Shown here piece by piece: positions 1-9,256 of a stretch of DNA of 64,000 bases (position 1 is its first letter; each line of letters begins with the position of its first letter). The position numbers and the translations under genes were made by a program. Below the pieces are notes generated by a model, which had not been told where the DNA came from, ran no database searches, and saw only the letters and a list, made by a program, of their open reading frames with translations. This DNA is from Vicinamibacterales bacterium (GTDB lineage Bacteria; Acidobacteriota; Vicinamibacteria; Vicinamibacterales; UBA2999): positions 18,451 to 82,450 of the forward strand of contig DASPNQ010000007.1 of assembly GCA_035626435.1 (NCBI GenBank), written 5' to 3'.

Positions 1-337
1 GGCGTATGCGCCGCCGATTGACGATGTCGGTGAGCTGCATCCGCGAGCGAAGCTCGTTGGCTTGCACGTGCACCGCGAGGATGCTGACCTGGCTCAGCTC
101 CATGTCGTCGGCGATGACCTTGGGCAAGTCGGTGAGCGGCCGCGTCGCGACGTCCTCGAGCAGGAACAGGCGATGCGGAGCGCCGACGTCGTCGATCTCG
201 GCCACCAGGCTGGCGGCAATATCCTCGCACTCTCGATCGGCGATCACCGTGACGCGCTCGTGCGGCTGCACGGCGAGACAGACGCGAATGGCATTCCGTG
301 CGCCGGGCGAGAGCTCCTTGTCGTAGGCGGTCAACAT
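1..337 (-). CDS. Partial CDS (N-terminal ~112 codons, runs off the left edge); aminopeptidase-T/M29-like family guess
   Basis: My own translation of the minus strand from ATG 337..335 gives MLTAYDKELSPGARNAIRVCLAVQPHERVTVIADRECEDIAASLVAEIDDVGAPHRLFLLEDV... with no stop before position 1. It is absent from the ORF track because there is no stop in the window. It starts 11 nt after the stop of the GCS2 gene. The family call is from memory of M29/NicX-like N-termini. Confidence 0.4.
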   Translation of the reverse strand, partial: MLTAYDKELSPGARNAIRVCLAVQPHERVTVIADRECEDIAASLVAEIDDVGAPHRLFLLEDVATRPLTDLPKVIADDMELSQVSILAVHVQANELRSRMQLTDIVNRRRIR

Positions 338-348
338 CTCTTGAAATT

Positions 349-1452
349 CTATAGGCCGGCGGCGGTTTCCGCGACCATGTATTGGACGACCTTCTTCAGG
401 TCCTGAGTCTTCTCGAAAACCTCGAGCTGGCGTTCGGCGCCGTTGCCGCGCTCGAGGATCTCCCTGACGTAGCCGATTTCTTCACGGCTGTCGAGGTCGT
501 CAAGGACATCATCGACGAAATCGAGATATTCCAGCATCAGCTCGCGCGCGGGCACTTCAATCTCGCGGCCGAAGTCGATCAGCTTGCCGTTCAGGCCGTA
601 GCGCGATGCGCGCCACTTGTTCTCCATGATCAACGCGCGGCTGTACATCCTGAACCCCTGGTTGCGGGAGTGCAGCTTGTACAGCTTGGCCATCGTCGCC
701 TGAATCAACGCGGCGAGGCCGATCGACTCTTCATAGCGCATCGGGATGTCGCAGATCCGCACTTCGATGGTCGAAAAAAACGGGTGCGGCCGCACGTCCC
801 ACCAGATCTTCTTGGCGTTGTCGATTGAGTTGGTGCGCACCAGCAGGTTGACGAAGGTCTCGTAATCCGCCCAGCTCGTGAAGGTGTCTGGAATGTTGGT
901 ACGAGGAAACTTGTCGAACACCTTGCAGCGGTACGACTTCAGGCCGGTATTGAGGCCGATCCAGAACGGCGAGTTCGCTGACAGCGCGAGCAGATGCGGC
1001 AGGAAGTAGCGCATCTGGTTCATCAGGTGGATGGCGGTTTCGCGATCTTCGATGCCGACGTGCACGTGCAGGCCGAAGATCAAGTTCGATCGCGCGACCA
1101 GCTGCATGTCTTCGACGACCTGCAGATAGCGCTCGTCGGGGTAGATGTCCTGCGCGCGCCAGTCGGCGAACGGATGCGTCGCGCCCGCGCACAACAGCAG
1201 TCCGTTATCCTTGGCGAGTTTCACCATCGCCCGCCGAAGATTCAGGATGTCGCTCTTGGCCTCCTTGATGTTGCGGCACACGCCGGTCCCGACCTCGACG
1301 ACGGACTGGTGCATCTCGGCCTTGATTCGCTCGTCGAGCTGCCGTTTGCCCTTGGAGATGATTTCGGCGTTGATGTGCGACCGCAGGTCGTAGGTAACGG
1401 GATCGATCGTCTGATATTCCTCTTCGATGCCGATCGTGAAGGAAGGCGCCAT
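349..1452 (-). CDS. Carboxylate-amine ligase, GCS2/YbdK (glutamate-cysteine ligase family 2)
   Basis: Reads MAPSFTIGIEEEYQ...GLHVHVG...ANSPFW...WWDVRPHP..., typical of the GCS2 family. I moved the start to ATG 1452, which overlaps the upstream stop as ATGA. The 76 codons upstream in the track ORF are Arg-rich junk. Confidence 0.85.
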   Translation of the reverse strand: MAPSFTIGIEEEYQTIDPVTYDLRSHINAEIISKGKRQLDERIKAEMHQSVVEVGTGVCRNIKEAKSDILNLRRAMVKLAKDNGLLLCAGATHPFADWRAQDIYPDERYLQVVEDMQLVARSNLIFGLHVHVGIEDRETAIHLMNQMRYFLPHLLALSANSPFWIGLNTGLKSYRCKVFDKFPRTNIPDTFTSWADYETFVNLLVRTNSIDNAKKIWWDVRPHPFFSTIEVRICDIPMRYEESIGLAALIQATMAKLYKLHSRNQGFRMYSRALIMENKWRASRYGLNGKLIDFGREIEVPARELMLEYLDFVDDVLDDLDSREEIGYVREILERGNGAERQLEVFEKTQDLKKVVQYMVAETAAGL

Positions 1453-2384
1453 CAGTCTCCGCGGAGCAGCGAGTCCCATCGATAGGTAGCCGGCGCCGCC
1501 GGCTCGGTGGCTTTCTTCACGGCGAGGTCGGCGACCGCGTTGACGATCCAGTCGAAGTTGGCTTGTCCGACCGAGTGCAGATCGGCGTCGGGTGCGGGGT
1601 TCATGAAATCGATCGCGTAGGGCACGCCGTCTTCGACCGCGAACTCCACCGTGTTGAGGTCGTAGCCGAGCGCGCGGCACAGCACTTGCGCGTCGCGGCG
1701 GACGCGATCGAGCAACTGTTTCGGATAGTCAGGCGGGTTGCGCATATACCGCTCGTGAAACGGCGCCCGCGGGTCGTACGGCATGATGTGCACCTGATCC
1801 TGGCCGACCACGTAGCAGCGGAAATATTCCGTGAAATCGACGGCGCGCTGCAGCGTCATGCACAGGGTGCGGGTCTGATCGTAGGCGCGGAAAAACTCCT
1901 CGCGGTTGTCGACCTTGTAGACATCGCGCCAGCCGCCACCGTCGAAAGGCTTCAGGAAGGCCGGGAAGCCGACGTAGTCGAAGATGCTCTCCCAGTTGAG
2001 CGGGTAATGCAGGTTGCGCATCGACCGCTCGGTGGTGCCGGTCGGATGCTCCTTGTGCGGCAGCAGCGCCGTCGGCGGGATCGCGACGCCCAGCTTGGTG
2101 GCGAGCGCGTAGTTGAAGAACTTGTCGTCGGCGCTCCACCAGAATGGGTTGTTGATGATGCGCGCGCCGCAGAGCGCCGAATTCTTCAGCCAGGCACGGT
2201 AGAACGGAATGTCGTGCGAAATGCGATCGACGATCACGTCATAGCCGCACGGCTCCGCCATCCGCACGTCGCCGATTTGCACGAACTCGGCGCTGACGCC
2301 GGCGACGTTCATCCCGTTGATGCGCTCGACCAGCGCGGCGGGGAACGTGTTTTCCATTCCGAACAGGACACCGATCTTCTTCAT
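1452..2384 (-). CDS. ATP-grasp domain protein (RimK/glutathione-synthetase-like amidoligase)
   Basis: 310 aa with an ATP-grasp-like layout (FPAFLKPFDGGGWRDVYKV..., VEFAVEDGVPYAIDFMNPAPD). Its stop overlaps the start of the GCS2 gene. Confidence 0.8.
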   Translation of the reverse strand: MKKIGVLFGMENTFPAALVERINGMNVAGVSAEFVQIGDVRMAEPCGYDVIVDRISHDIPFYRAWLKNSALCGARIINNPFWWSADDKFFNYALATKLGVAIPPTALLPHKEHPTGTTERSMRNLHYPLNWESIFDYVGFPAFLKPFDGGGWRDVYKVDNREEFFRAYDQTRTLCMTLQRAVDFTEYFRCYVVGQDQVHIMPYDPRAPFHERYMRNPPDYPKQLLDRVRRDAQVLCRALGYDLNTVEFAVEDGVPYAIDFMNPAPDADLHSVGQANFDWIVNAVADLAVKKATEPAAPATYRWDSLLRGD

Positions 2385-2456
2385 AAGACTCGCGCTGGAA
2401 CGCCGGACCCGGGCCCCGGGACCGGCAGCCGCAACCGGCCCGCAGGTCGAAGCTTA

Positions 2457-2488
2457 CCCCGGTTCCCGGTTCCCCGTTCCCGGCTCCC
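2457..2488 (-). repeat. GGGAGCC/GGGAACC-type G-tract microsatellite directly after the esterase stop codon
   Basis: The minus (sense) strand reads GGGAGCCGGGAACGGGGAACCGGGAACCGGGG. It begins 2 nt after the stop codon at 2491-2493. It shares CCCGGTTCCCCGTTCC with the copy at 55391-55432. Confidence 0.8.
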
Positions 2489-2490
2489 GA

Positions 2491-3201
2491 TCACGGCAGA
2501 TACGCCGACGCCATCGGCCGCCAGTACGGCCAGTCATGTTTCGAGTCGCTCCACACGTGCAGACTGTGCTGAATGCTCTTGGCACGCAGCAGCGCCGAAA
2601 ACTGTTCGTTCGGCGAACGGCAGATGTCGTGATCGCCGGTGACCAACACCCATTTGTTGCGGCGGAACTGATCCAGGTAATAGGCGTCGGCGAGGCCCGG
2701 CAGGAATGACGGGGGATTGAGGAAATAGCAATCCTCGTCGAAGTAGCCGTCGAGAAACTGTGCGACGTCGAACGCCCCGCCCATGGTCACGCACGACGTG
2801 AACGTGTACGGGTGGCGAAGCGCCATTGCCATGGCGTGATACGCGCCAAAGCTGCAACCGGTCACGCCGACCGCGTCGTAGCGCGTCAGGTGCTTGATCA
2901 GCGGGACGACCTCGTTCAGTACGTAATCTTCGTAGCGCAGGTGCCGCTCGACGCGGTGGCGCGGATGAATCTTCTTGCAGTACCAACTCTCGCCGTCGAC
3001 CGACGAGAGACAAAACAGGCGCAGCTTGCCCTGATCAAGCTTGTCGGCGAGCGCGCCGACCATGCCGCGATCCTCGAACTCGAAGAACGCACCCATCGAA
3101 GTCGGAAAGACGACCGTCGGCGGGCCCGCATGGCCGAACGCCAGCAGCTCCATGTCGCGGTTCAGCGACCGCGAAAACCACTTGTGGTAGTCGCGAACCA
3201 T
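2491..3201 (-). CDS. Esterase-family alpha/beta hydrolase (PF00756-like)
   Basis: 236 aa. GxSxG nucleophile elbow in VTGCSFGAYHAMA. General similarity to putative esterase / esterase D-like proteins. Confidence 0.7.
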   Translation of the reverse strand: MVRDYHKWFSRSLNRDMELLAFGHAGPPTVVFPTSMGAFFEFEDRGMVGALADKLDQGKLRLFCLSSVDGESWYCKKIHPRHRVERHLRYEDYVLNEVVPLIKHLTRYDAVGVTGCSFGAYHAMAMALRHPYTFTSCVTMGGAFDVAQFLDGYFDEDCYFLNPPSFLPGLADAYYLDQFRRNKWVLVTGDHDICRSPNEQFSALLRAKSIQHSLHVWSDSKHDWPYWRPMASAYLP

Positions 3202-3233
3202 AGCTAACGAAGCCTATACTGATCTCACTGTCG

Positions 3234-4016
3234 ATGCACCCGCCGGAGAGCCAGCTCCGCCGTCACGAGCAATTCCATTCGCAATATCTCGAACACGACC
3301 GGGACGTCCTGGTTTGGACGCCGCCCGGGTACGCCGAGCAGCCGGCGCGACGCTATCCCGTCCTCTATATGCACGACGGGCAGAACCTGTTCGAACCGGA
3401 CACGGCGTTTCAGAAGGGTGAGTACTGGCGGGTCGGCGAAACCGCGGCGGCCCTGATCGAGGCCCGGCGCATCGAACCCATCATCGTTGTAGGCGTCTAC
3501 AACACCGGCGACGCACGCATCGACGAGTACACGCCGACCGGGGACCACAAGCTCGGCGGCGGCCATGCGGACGATTACGGACGCATGCTGATCGAGGAGC
3601 TGAAGCCGCTAATCGATGCCGAATACCGCACGCTCCCGGAGCGCGACCACACGGGGCTGGCCGGCTCTTCGCTCGGCGGCCTCGTTTCACTGCATCTGGG
3701 CTTCACGCATCCGTCGGTGTTTTCAAAGGTCGCCGCGCTGTCTCCGTCGGTCTGGTGGGATCGCAAAGCGATCCTGCGGACCGTCCGTCAGGCGCGATCC
3801 AAACCGAGGCTCCGCCTGTGGGTCGACATGGGGACGGCCGAAGGCCGCCGCGGACTGGATGACGCGCGATCGCTGAAAGCGGCGTTAGTGGGACTCGGCT
3901 TTGTCGACGGTGTGGATTTGCATTACGCCGAATACGAAGGTGCGACGCATTCCGAACACGCGTGGTCGGAACGCGTCGGCCCGGTGCTGGAGTGGCTGTT
4001 TCCTCGGACGGGGTGA
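3234..4016 (+). CDS. Esterase-family alpha/beta hydrolase (enterochelin-esterase-like, PF00756)
   Basis: 260 aa. Contains YPVLYMHDGQNLF and GSSLGGLVSL (GxSxG). Divergent from the other esterase gene across a 32-bp spacer. Confidence 0.75.
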   Translation: MHPPESQLRRHEQFHSQYLEHDRDVLVWTPPGYAEQPARRYPVLYMHDGQNLFEPDTAFQKGEYWRVGETAAALIEARRIEPIIVVGVYNTGDARIDEYTPTGDHKLGGGHADDYGRMLIEELKPLIDAEYRTLPERDHTGLAGSSLGGLVSLHLGFTHPSVFSKVAALSPSVWWDRKAILRTVRQARSKPRLRLWVDMGTAEGRRGLDDARSLKAALVGLGFVDGVDLHYAEYEGATHSEHAWSERVGPVLEWLFPRTG

Positions 4017-4030
4017 TGCAGCGTCCGGCG

Positions 4031-4501
4031 CTATTTGTGCCGGGCGTAGACGGTCATCTGGCCGTTCTTGGTAAACGCCATCACGTCGTACGGCTCCTTG
4101 ACGCCGCCCTGCTCCATGCCCGGGGATCCGATCGGCATGCCCGGCGCCGCGATGCCGGCAATCGCCGGCTTCTCTTTCAGCATGCGATGGATGTCGGACG
4201 CGGGGACGTGACCCTCGATGACGTAATTGCCGACCTTCGCGGTGTGGCAGGACACGCCTTCGTCAGGGAGCCCGGCCGCCTGGCTGACTTTGCGGACTTC
4301 GGCGGACGAAACGTCGTGGGTCTCCACCGTGAAGCCGTTCGCACGCAAGTGGTCGACCCATACGCGGCAACAACCGCACGTCGCCGTCTTGTACACGACG
4401 GCGGCGACGCGTGACGAGACGGGTTTCGGTTGAGCTGCGAGGGTCAACGCCGCGCCAAAGACAACGGCAGACAATCCCATGACAAAACGTGTCGTGACCA
4501 T
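4031..4501 (-). CDS. DUF411/CopG-family periplasmic copper-binding protein
   Basis: Signal peptide followed by the CxCC motif (TATCGCCRVW), and GMPIGSPGME near the C-terminus, as in DUF411 proteins of cop loci. Confidence 0.8.
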   Translation of the reverse strand: MVTTRFVMGLSAVVFGAALTLAAQPKPVSSRVAAVVYKTATCGCCRVWVDHLRANGFTVETHDVSSAEVRKVSQAAGLPDEGVSCHTAKVGNYVIEGHVPASDIHRMLKEKPAIAGIAAPGMPIGSPGMEQGGVKEPYDVMAFTKNGQMTVYARHK

Positions 4502-4536
4502 TCACAAATGGTACCTGATCATAGTGACACCACGCC

Positions 4537-4850
4537 ATGAAGAAGCTCCCCGCCATGTTGTTCGTCTGGCAGTGCCCTGCCGCTCCGGCGCTGTCGCAGA
4601 CGTTTGCGCCGGCCGGGTGGGCGGACGGGTTGAAAGTTCCTGAGGCACGGATACCAATCCCGAGCCGCGGACCGTCGAGGTGAATCTCGCCGCGAAACTC
4701 GCCGACGTCGAGATCGACGGCAAGGTCGTTCACGCCGGGACCTACAACGGCGGTCTGCCAGGCTCGCTGATCAAGGCGCGCGTCGGCGGTCGCGTCGTCG
4801 TGTATTTCAAAAACGAGCGCACACCCATAAAGCGCAAGAGGCGCGAATGA
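4537..4850 (+). pseudogene. 5-prime remnant of a multicopper oxidase (CopA-like), frameshifted and truncated
   Basis: The frame starting at ATG 4537 reads MKKLPAMLFVWQ...APAGWADGLKVPEAR and then stops at 4681. The -1 frame from 4650 reads DTNPEPRTVEVNLAAKLADVEIDGKVVHAGTYNGGLPGSLIKARVGGRVVVYFKNE, an MCO first-cupredoxin N-terminus. It then diverges and stops at 4848-4850, before any HWHG copper site. Confidence 0.6.
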
Positions 4851-4887
4851 CAATCGATTGCACACCTCGCGCCGGCGGCGCAGCAGA

Positions 4888-7203
4888 ATGACGGACCGCA
4901 TGCGCTGCGCACTTGTGACGCTGGTGCTGTTGTTGGCGATGCCGGCATTTGCGCAAAACCGGCCCGCGGGCAGCTTCGACATCACGACCGTCGATCCCGA
5001 GACGTTTCGGGCCGTCGCGGTGAAGATTGCCGACTCCGAGCGCCCGCACATCGACGGCCGGCTCAACGAAGAGATCTGGGCGCGAGCGCCGGTGCAGGGC
5101 AACTTCATCCAGCGCGAGCCCAATTACGGCGCGGCTGCGACCGAACGCACCGAGTTTCGCATCCTCTACGACGAGCGATCGTTGTACTTCGGCGTGTGGG
5201 TGTGGGACAGCGACGCCGACGGCATCATGGGCAGCGAGATGAAGCGGGACGCGGGGCTCAACAAAGGCGATCAACTGAAAATCGCGATCGACACCTTTCA
5301 CGATCATCGGAACTCGTTCTACTTCAGCACCAACCCGCTGGGCGCCTACAAAGACGCGAACACCATCGAGAACGGCCGCACCATCAACTACGACTGGAAC
5401 GCGGTCTGGAACAACAAGACGTCGCTCGACGAGCGTGGCTGGTACGTCGAGATCGAGATTCCGCTCAGCCAGCTGCGCTTTCGGACCAGTATCGGCGAGA
5501 CTACCTGGGGGCTCAACGTCTGCCGGATCCTGTTCCGCCGGAACGAAGAAGCGTACTGGGTGCCGTTCCCGCGCGAGTGGGGCCCGAATGGGTTCGCGCG
5601 CGTCTCGAACGCCGGCGTCCTCCAGGGCCTGAGCGACCTCAGGTCACGCCGCCGCATCGAATTCGTCCCGTTCGCGGCGCCCGCCGTATCGCGCGACTAC
5701 GTCGCGGGCACCAAGGCCAGCGCCGATGCAAAGTACGGCGGCGACTTCAAGATTGGCCTGACCAACGATCTGATCGCCGACTTCACCTATCACACTGATT
5801 TCGCGCAAGTCGAAGCGGATCAGGAGGTCGTGAACCTGACGCGGTTCAGCCTGTTCTTTCCGGAGAAGCGCCAGTTCTTCACCGAGACCGCCGGGATCTT
5901 CGACTTCGGGAAGTCAGTGGCGGCTGGACTCGGTGGCGAAGCTGCGGCCAACGATCCGGGATTGCTGAACCTGTTCTACAGCCGCCGCATCGGACTGGTC
6001 GACGGGCAACAGGTCCCGATCATCGGCGGTGGCCGCGTGACGGGACGCATTGGCGACTACGCCGTCGGCGTCATGAACATCACCACGGAGGAAGAGACGC
6101 TGACCACCCGCGAGCTGAGCAACGCCAACTTCACGGTCATGCGGTTGAAGCGCAACGTCCTCCGCAATTCGAATATCGGCGCGCTTGTCGTGAACAGCGC
6201 GAATGGCCTGTCCGCGTACAACCGCGCCATCGGCATCGACGGTGGATTTATCCTCGGGCCACGCGTCAGCCTGACCACCGTGATGGCGAAGAGCTTGTCT
6301 CCCGACGCGGCGCAGCGATCGCCGGGATCGGCAACCGCTGAAGCCGGATCGGGCGGGGCAGCGACGATGGCCGGGGTCGTCGACCTTGGCTGGAAGACCG
6401 ACCGGTTCATCGCCGGCGGTCAGTATCTCGATGTCGGGAAGCATTTCAACGCGGAGATGGGCTACATCCCGCGGCTCGATGTGCGCGCGGGACACCTGCG
6501 CGCCGGCTGGACGCCGCGGCCGAAATTTGGCGGCATCCGGCAGTTCACGTTTGCCGGCAGCGCCAACTATTACGAGAACCACGCCGGCATCGTCGATTCG
6601 AAACAGCAGGCGGTGTCGGCGCAGATGCAACGGCAGGACACGTCCGGCGCGTTCGCATCCGTGGTGCGTGAATACGACAGTCTGGCCGTGCCATTTGCGA
6701 CGGCCGGCACAGCGATTGCGGCGGGGAACTATTCGTGGACCTACGCGACGTTGAGTTACTCGTCGAACCGGACCCGCAGATTGTACGGAACCGTCGGCAC
6801 CGACTTTGGCGGTTACTACAGCGGCGAGCGCCGCTCGGTGCGCGCGAACGTGACCATTCAGGCCGGCCGGACGCTGTTATTCGAGCCAGTGTACGTCCAT
6901 AACCGCGTTGCTCTGCCAGGCCGGCCGCTTTACACCAGCAACGTGCTGAACTTCCGTGTCAGCCACTCGTTCTCTCCGGACTTCTACCTGAAGGGCTTCG
7001 TCCAGTACAACGACGATCGTAAGTCGGCAAGTTTCAACTTCCTGTGGTGGTATCACTACAAACCGGGCAGCGATCTCTACGTCGTCTACAACCAGGGCTG
7101 GGACATCGATCTGCCGCTGACGTCGCACGATGCGATCGCGAGCTCGTACCGGGTCCGATCGCGGTCGTTCGCAGTGAAGATGACCTACTGGCTGGCGCGG
7201 TAA
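4888..7203 (+). CDS. CBM9-like + DUF5916 outer-membrane/secreted protein
   Basis: Signal peptide (MRCALVTLVLLLAMPAFAQ), then IDGRLNEEIWARAPVQGNFIQREP...RILYDERSLYFGVW, and a long beta-rich C-terminus ending ...MTYWLAR. The start is ambiguous (TTG 4858, ATG 4888 or ATG 4900). Confidence 0.7.
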   Translation: MTDRMRCALVTLVLLLAMPAFAQNRPAGSFDITTVDPETFRAVAVKIADSERPHIDGRLNEEIWARAPVQGNFIQREPNYGAAATERTEFRILYDERSLYFGVWVWDSDADGIMGSEMKRDAGLNKGDQLKIAIDTFHDHRNSFYFSTNPLGAYKDANTIENGRTINYDWNAVWNNKTSLDERGWYVEIEIPLSQLRFRTSIGETTWGLNVCRILFRRNEEAYWVPFPREWGPNGFARVSNAGVLQGLSDLRSRRRIEFVPFAAPAVSRDYVAGTKASADAKYGGDFKIGLTNDLIADFTYHTDFAQVEADQEVVNLTRFSLFFPEKRQFFTETAGIFDFGKSVAAGLGGEAAANDPGLLNLFYSRRIGLVDGQQVPIIGGGRVTGRIGDYAVGVMNITTEEETLTTRELSNANFTVMRLKRNVLRNSNIGALVVNSANGLSAYNRAIGIDGGFILGPRVSLTTVMAKSLSPDAAQRSPGSATAEAGSGGAATMAGVVDLGWKTDRFIAGGQYLDVGKHFNAEMGYIPRLDVRAGHLRAGWTPRPKFGGIRQFTFAGSANYYENHAGIVDSKQQAVSAQMQRQDTSGAFASVVREYDSLAVPFATAGTAIAAGNYSWTYATLSYSSNRTRRLYGTVGTDFGGYYSGERRSVRANVTIQAGRTLLFEPVYVHNRVALPGRPLYTSNVLNFRVSHSFSPDFYLKGFVQYNDDRKSASFNFLWWYHYKPGSDLYVVYNQGWDIDLPLTSHDAIASSYRVRSRSFAVKMTYWLAR

Positions 7204-7214
7204 CCTCGCCGCGA

Positions 7215-7859
7215 TCAGGCGGCGCGGCGATGTTTGATCATCTCGAAGACAATCGGCAGCACCGAAACGATCACGATCCCGATCGCGACCAGCGAGAAGT
7301 TGTCCTTGATGATCGGCACGTTGCCGAACAGATATCCGGCGCCGGCACATAGCACTACCCAGATGATCGCGCCGATGACGTTGTAGAAGACGAACTTCGA
7401 CGCCGTCATTGACGCTGCGCCGGCGACGAACGGCACGAACGTCCTGACGATCGGCACGAATCGGCCGGAGACGACGGCCATGCCGCCGTGCTTTTCGAAG
7501 AACGCGTGGGCCTTGTCGAGATGATCGCGATTGAGCACGCGATGCAGAAACCCGCGATAGTCGTGCGCGGAGAAGACCTTCGGGCCAACGAAGCGGCCGA
7601 CCGAATAATTGACCGCGTCGCCGGCGATGGCGGCGACGATCAACAACACCACGACGAGCCACATCTCGAGGACGCCGGTTGCGGCCAGTGCGCCCGCCGC
7701 GAAGAGCAGCGAATCGCCCGGCAGGAACGGCCAGATGATCAGGCCGGTTTCAATGAAGATGATTGCAAACAGCATCGCGTAGACCCAGATGCCGTATTGC
7801 GCGACGAATTCCGCGAGGTGAACGTCGAGATGAAGAAACAGGTCGACTAAATATTCCAT
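7215..7859 (-). CDS. DedA-family inner-membrane protein
   Basis: Multi-TM protein with PFLPGDSLLFAAG and GRFVPIVRTFVPFVAG, both hallmark DedA segments. Start taken at ATG 7859 (the track ORF begins at TTG 7865). Confidence 0.85.
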   Translation of the reverse strand: MEYLVDLFLHLDVHLAEFVAQYGIWVYAMLFAIIFIETGLIIWPFLPGDSLLFAAGALAATGVLEMWLVVVLLIVAAIAGDAVNYSVGRFVGPKVFSAHDYRGFLHRVLNRDHLDKAHAFFEKHGGMAVVSGRFVPIVRTFVPFVAGAASMTASKFVFYNVIGAIIWVVLCAGAGYLFGNVPIIKDNFSLVAIGIVIVSVLPIVFEMIKHRRAA

Positions 7860-7921
7860 TCCCAACCGACGATCATATCGCGAGCGCAGGCCGTTCCCGA
7901 CACCGATCGCGATCCGGCCCG

Positions 7922-9256
7922 TTATGGCAGCACGATTGGGCGGCCATTGACGAAGACGTGCTTGATTGCCGTCTTCTCCTCGAACAAATCGCCGTCGGTC
8001 ACGATCACATTGGCGAGCTTGCCGGTGTCGAGCGAGCCGAGACGGTCGGCGGCGCCCGCGACAATCGCGGCATTCAGTGTCAACGCTCTGATCGCCGACT
8101 CTTTCGACAGCCCGTTGCTGACCGTCTTGCGCGCATTGGTCAGGAAGTCCTTGATGTCGCCGAGCCCGGACGACTCGAAGGCGAACACGATGCCGGCCCT
8201 GTCGAGTGCGGCCGGCCCCTTGGGCGCATTCGCGCGATCGCGCAGCACGCTGAGCGGCTCGTCGGCATCGGGCGCCAGCGATGGCCGCCGCGTCGGGAAG
8301 TTCAGGCTATAGATCACCCGGGCGTTGGCAGCCTTGAGATCACTCGCGATGGCATCGACTTCGCGCGCCGACGTGATAATCGGATCGAGCTTGAAAGCCC
8401 TCGCCATGTCGAGCGCGCGCAGCGCTTCTCGCGACGTCGGCGCTCTGAACGCCACCGGCAGCCGGCCGCTGATCGCCAGCTGCATCGCCTCGAGCGCCGG
8501 CGAGTACGGACGCGATGTCGCCTGTTGATACCACTGGGCATCGAGAAAGGCCTGGCGGTTGAACGCGATGATGCCCATCAGCGAATTCGGATACGCGTCG
8601 CCGCCGGCGGGACTGTTCGCGGTGCCGACGTGCAGTGCGACCGGCGTGCGGATCACCAGCGGGCCCTTGCGGTCGTCGGCGAGCGCGCCGATCTGCGGCA
8701 GATCGGCCCCAATCGTCGTGAGCACGAGCGCGCTTTGGCCGCGAATGCCATCACCGCCCGGTGTCGCAAGGATGGCCGCGATGCCGGTCTCGGCGGCTTT
8801 GATGAGCGCATCGGCTTTGGGATTGAGATGGTCGGCCGCGCGCAGATGCGGCCGCAGCAACGTGTCGCGCTTCACACGCTCGACGTCCTCGGTGGTCTGC
8901 GGATTCTCGGCGCGCGGCACCGGCGGCACGTCGACGCCGGCGGCGGATCCCATGTCGATCAGTCCGGGATACACGGTGAGACCTTTGCCGGCAATCGTCA
9001 CGGCGCCGGCCGGCACCGCGGCGTTGGCGCCGACGGCGGTGATTACACCGTCACGGAACACGAGAGTGCCGTTGTCAATCGGCGCGGCCGACACCGGAAC
9101 GATACGCGCGCCAACGATGGCAATGGACATCGGCGCTTCCTGCTGACCACCCGCAGGGGCGGCTACCGACAACGCGACGAGCGCGATGCCGATCAAACTA
9201 CCCATCCAGGAACGATGCTTGGCGGTGGCGCTTCTGGCGCAACTGTTGGCGATCAT
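7922..9256 (-). CDS. Secreted amidohydrolase-fold protein with a degenerate metal site
   Basis: Signal peptide, then ...VYPGLIDMGSAAG where amidohydrolases normally carry HxH. The C-terminus is KLANVIVTDGDLFEEKTAIKHVFVNGRPI. I moved the start to ATG 9256, which overlaps the upstream stop as ATGA. Confidence 0.8.
   Translation of the reverse strand: MIANSCARSATAKHRSWMGSLIGIALVALSVAAPAGGQQEAPMSIAIVGARIVPVSAAPIDNGTLVFRDGVITAVGANAAVPAGAVTIAGKGLTVYPGLIDMGSAAGVDVPPVPRAENPQTTEDVERVKRDTLLRPHLRAADHLNPKADALIKAAETGIAAILATPGGDGIRGQSALVLTTIGADLPQIGALADDRKGPLVIRTPVALHVGTANSPAGGDAYPNSLMGIIAFNRQAFLDAQWYQQATSRPYSPALEAMQLAISGRLPVAFRAPTSREALRALDMARAFKLDPIITSAREVDAIASDLKAANARVIYSLNFPTRRPSLAPDADEPLSVLRDRANAPKGPAALDRAGIVFAFESSGLGDIKDFLTNARKTVSNGLSKESAIRALTLNAAIVAGAADRLGSLDTGKLANVIVTDGDLFEEKTAIKHVFVNGRPIVLP

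Noticed and set aside
1563-2642. 359-aa plus-strand ORF
   Set aside because: It is the antisense shadow of the ATP-grasp gene. Its composition is Arg/Ala/Val-biased and it has no recognisable domain, whereas the minus-strand gene has clear family features.
4263-5123. 286-aa minus-strand ORF spanning the DUF411 start, the spacer and the DUF5916 start
   Set aside because: It crosses two real genes and the MCO remnant in antisense or out-of-frame orientation, and it has no domain features.
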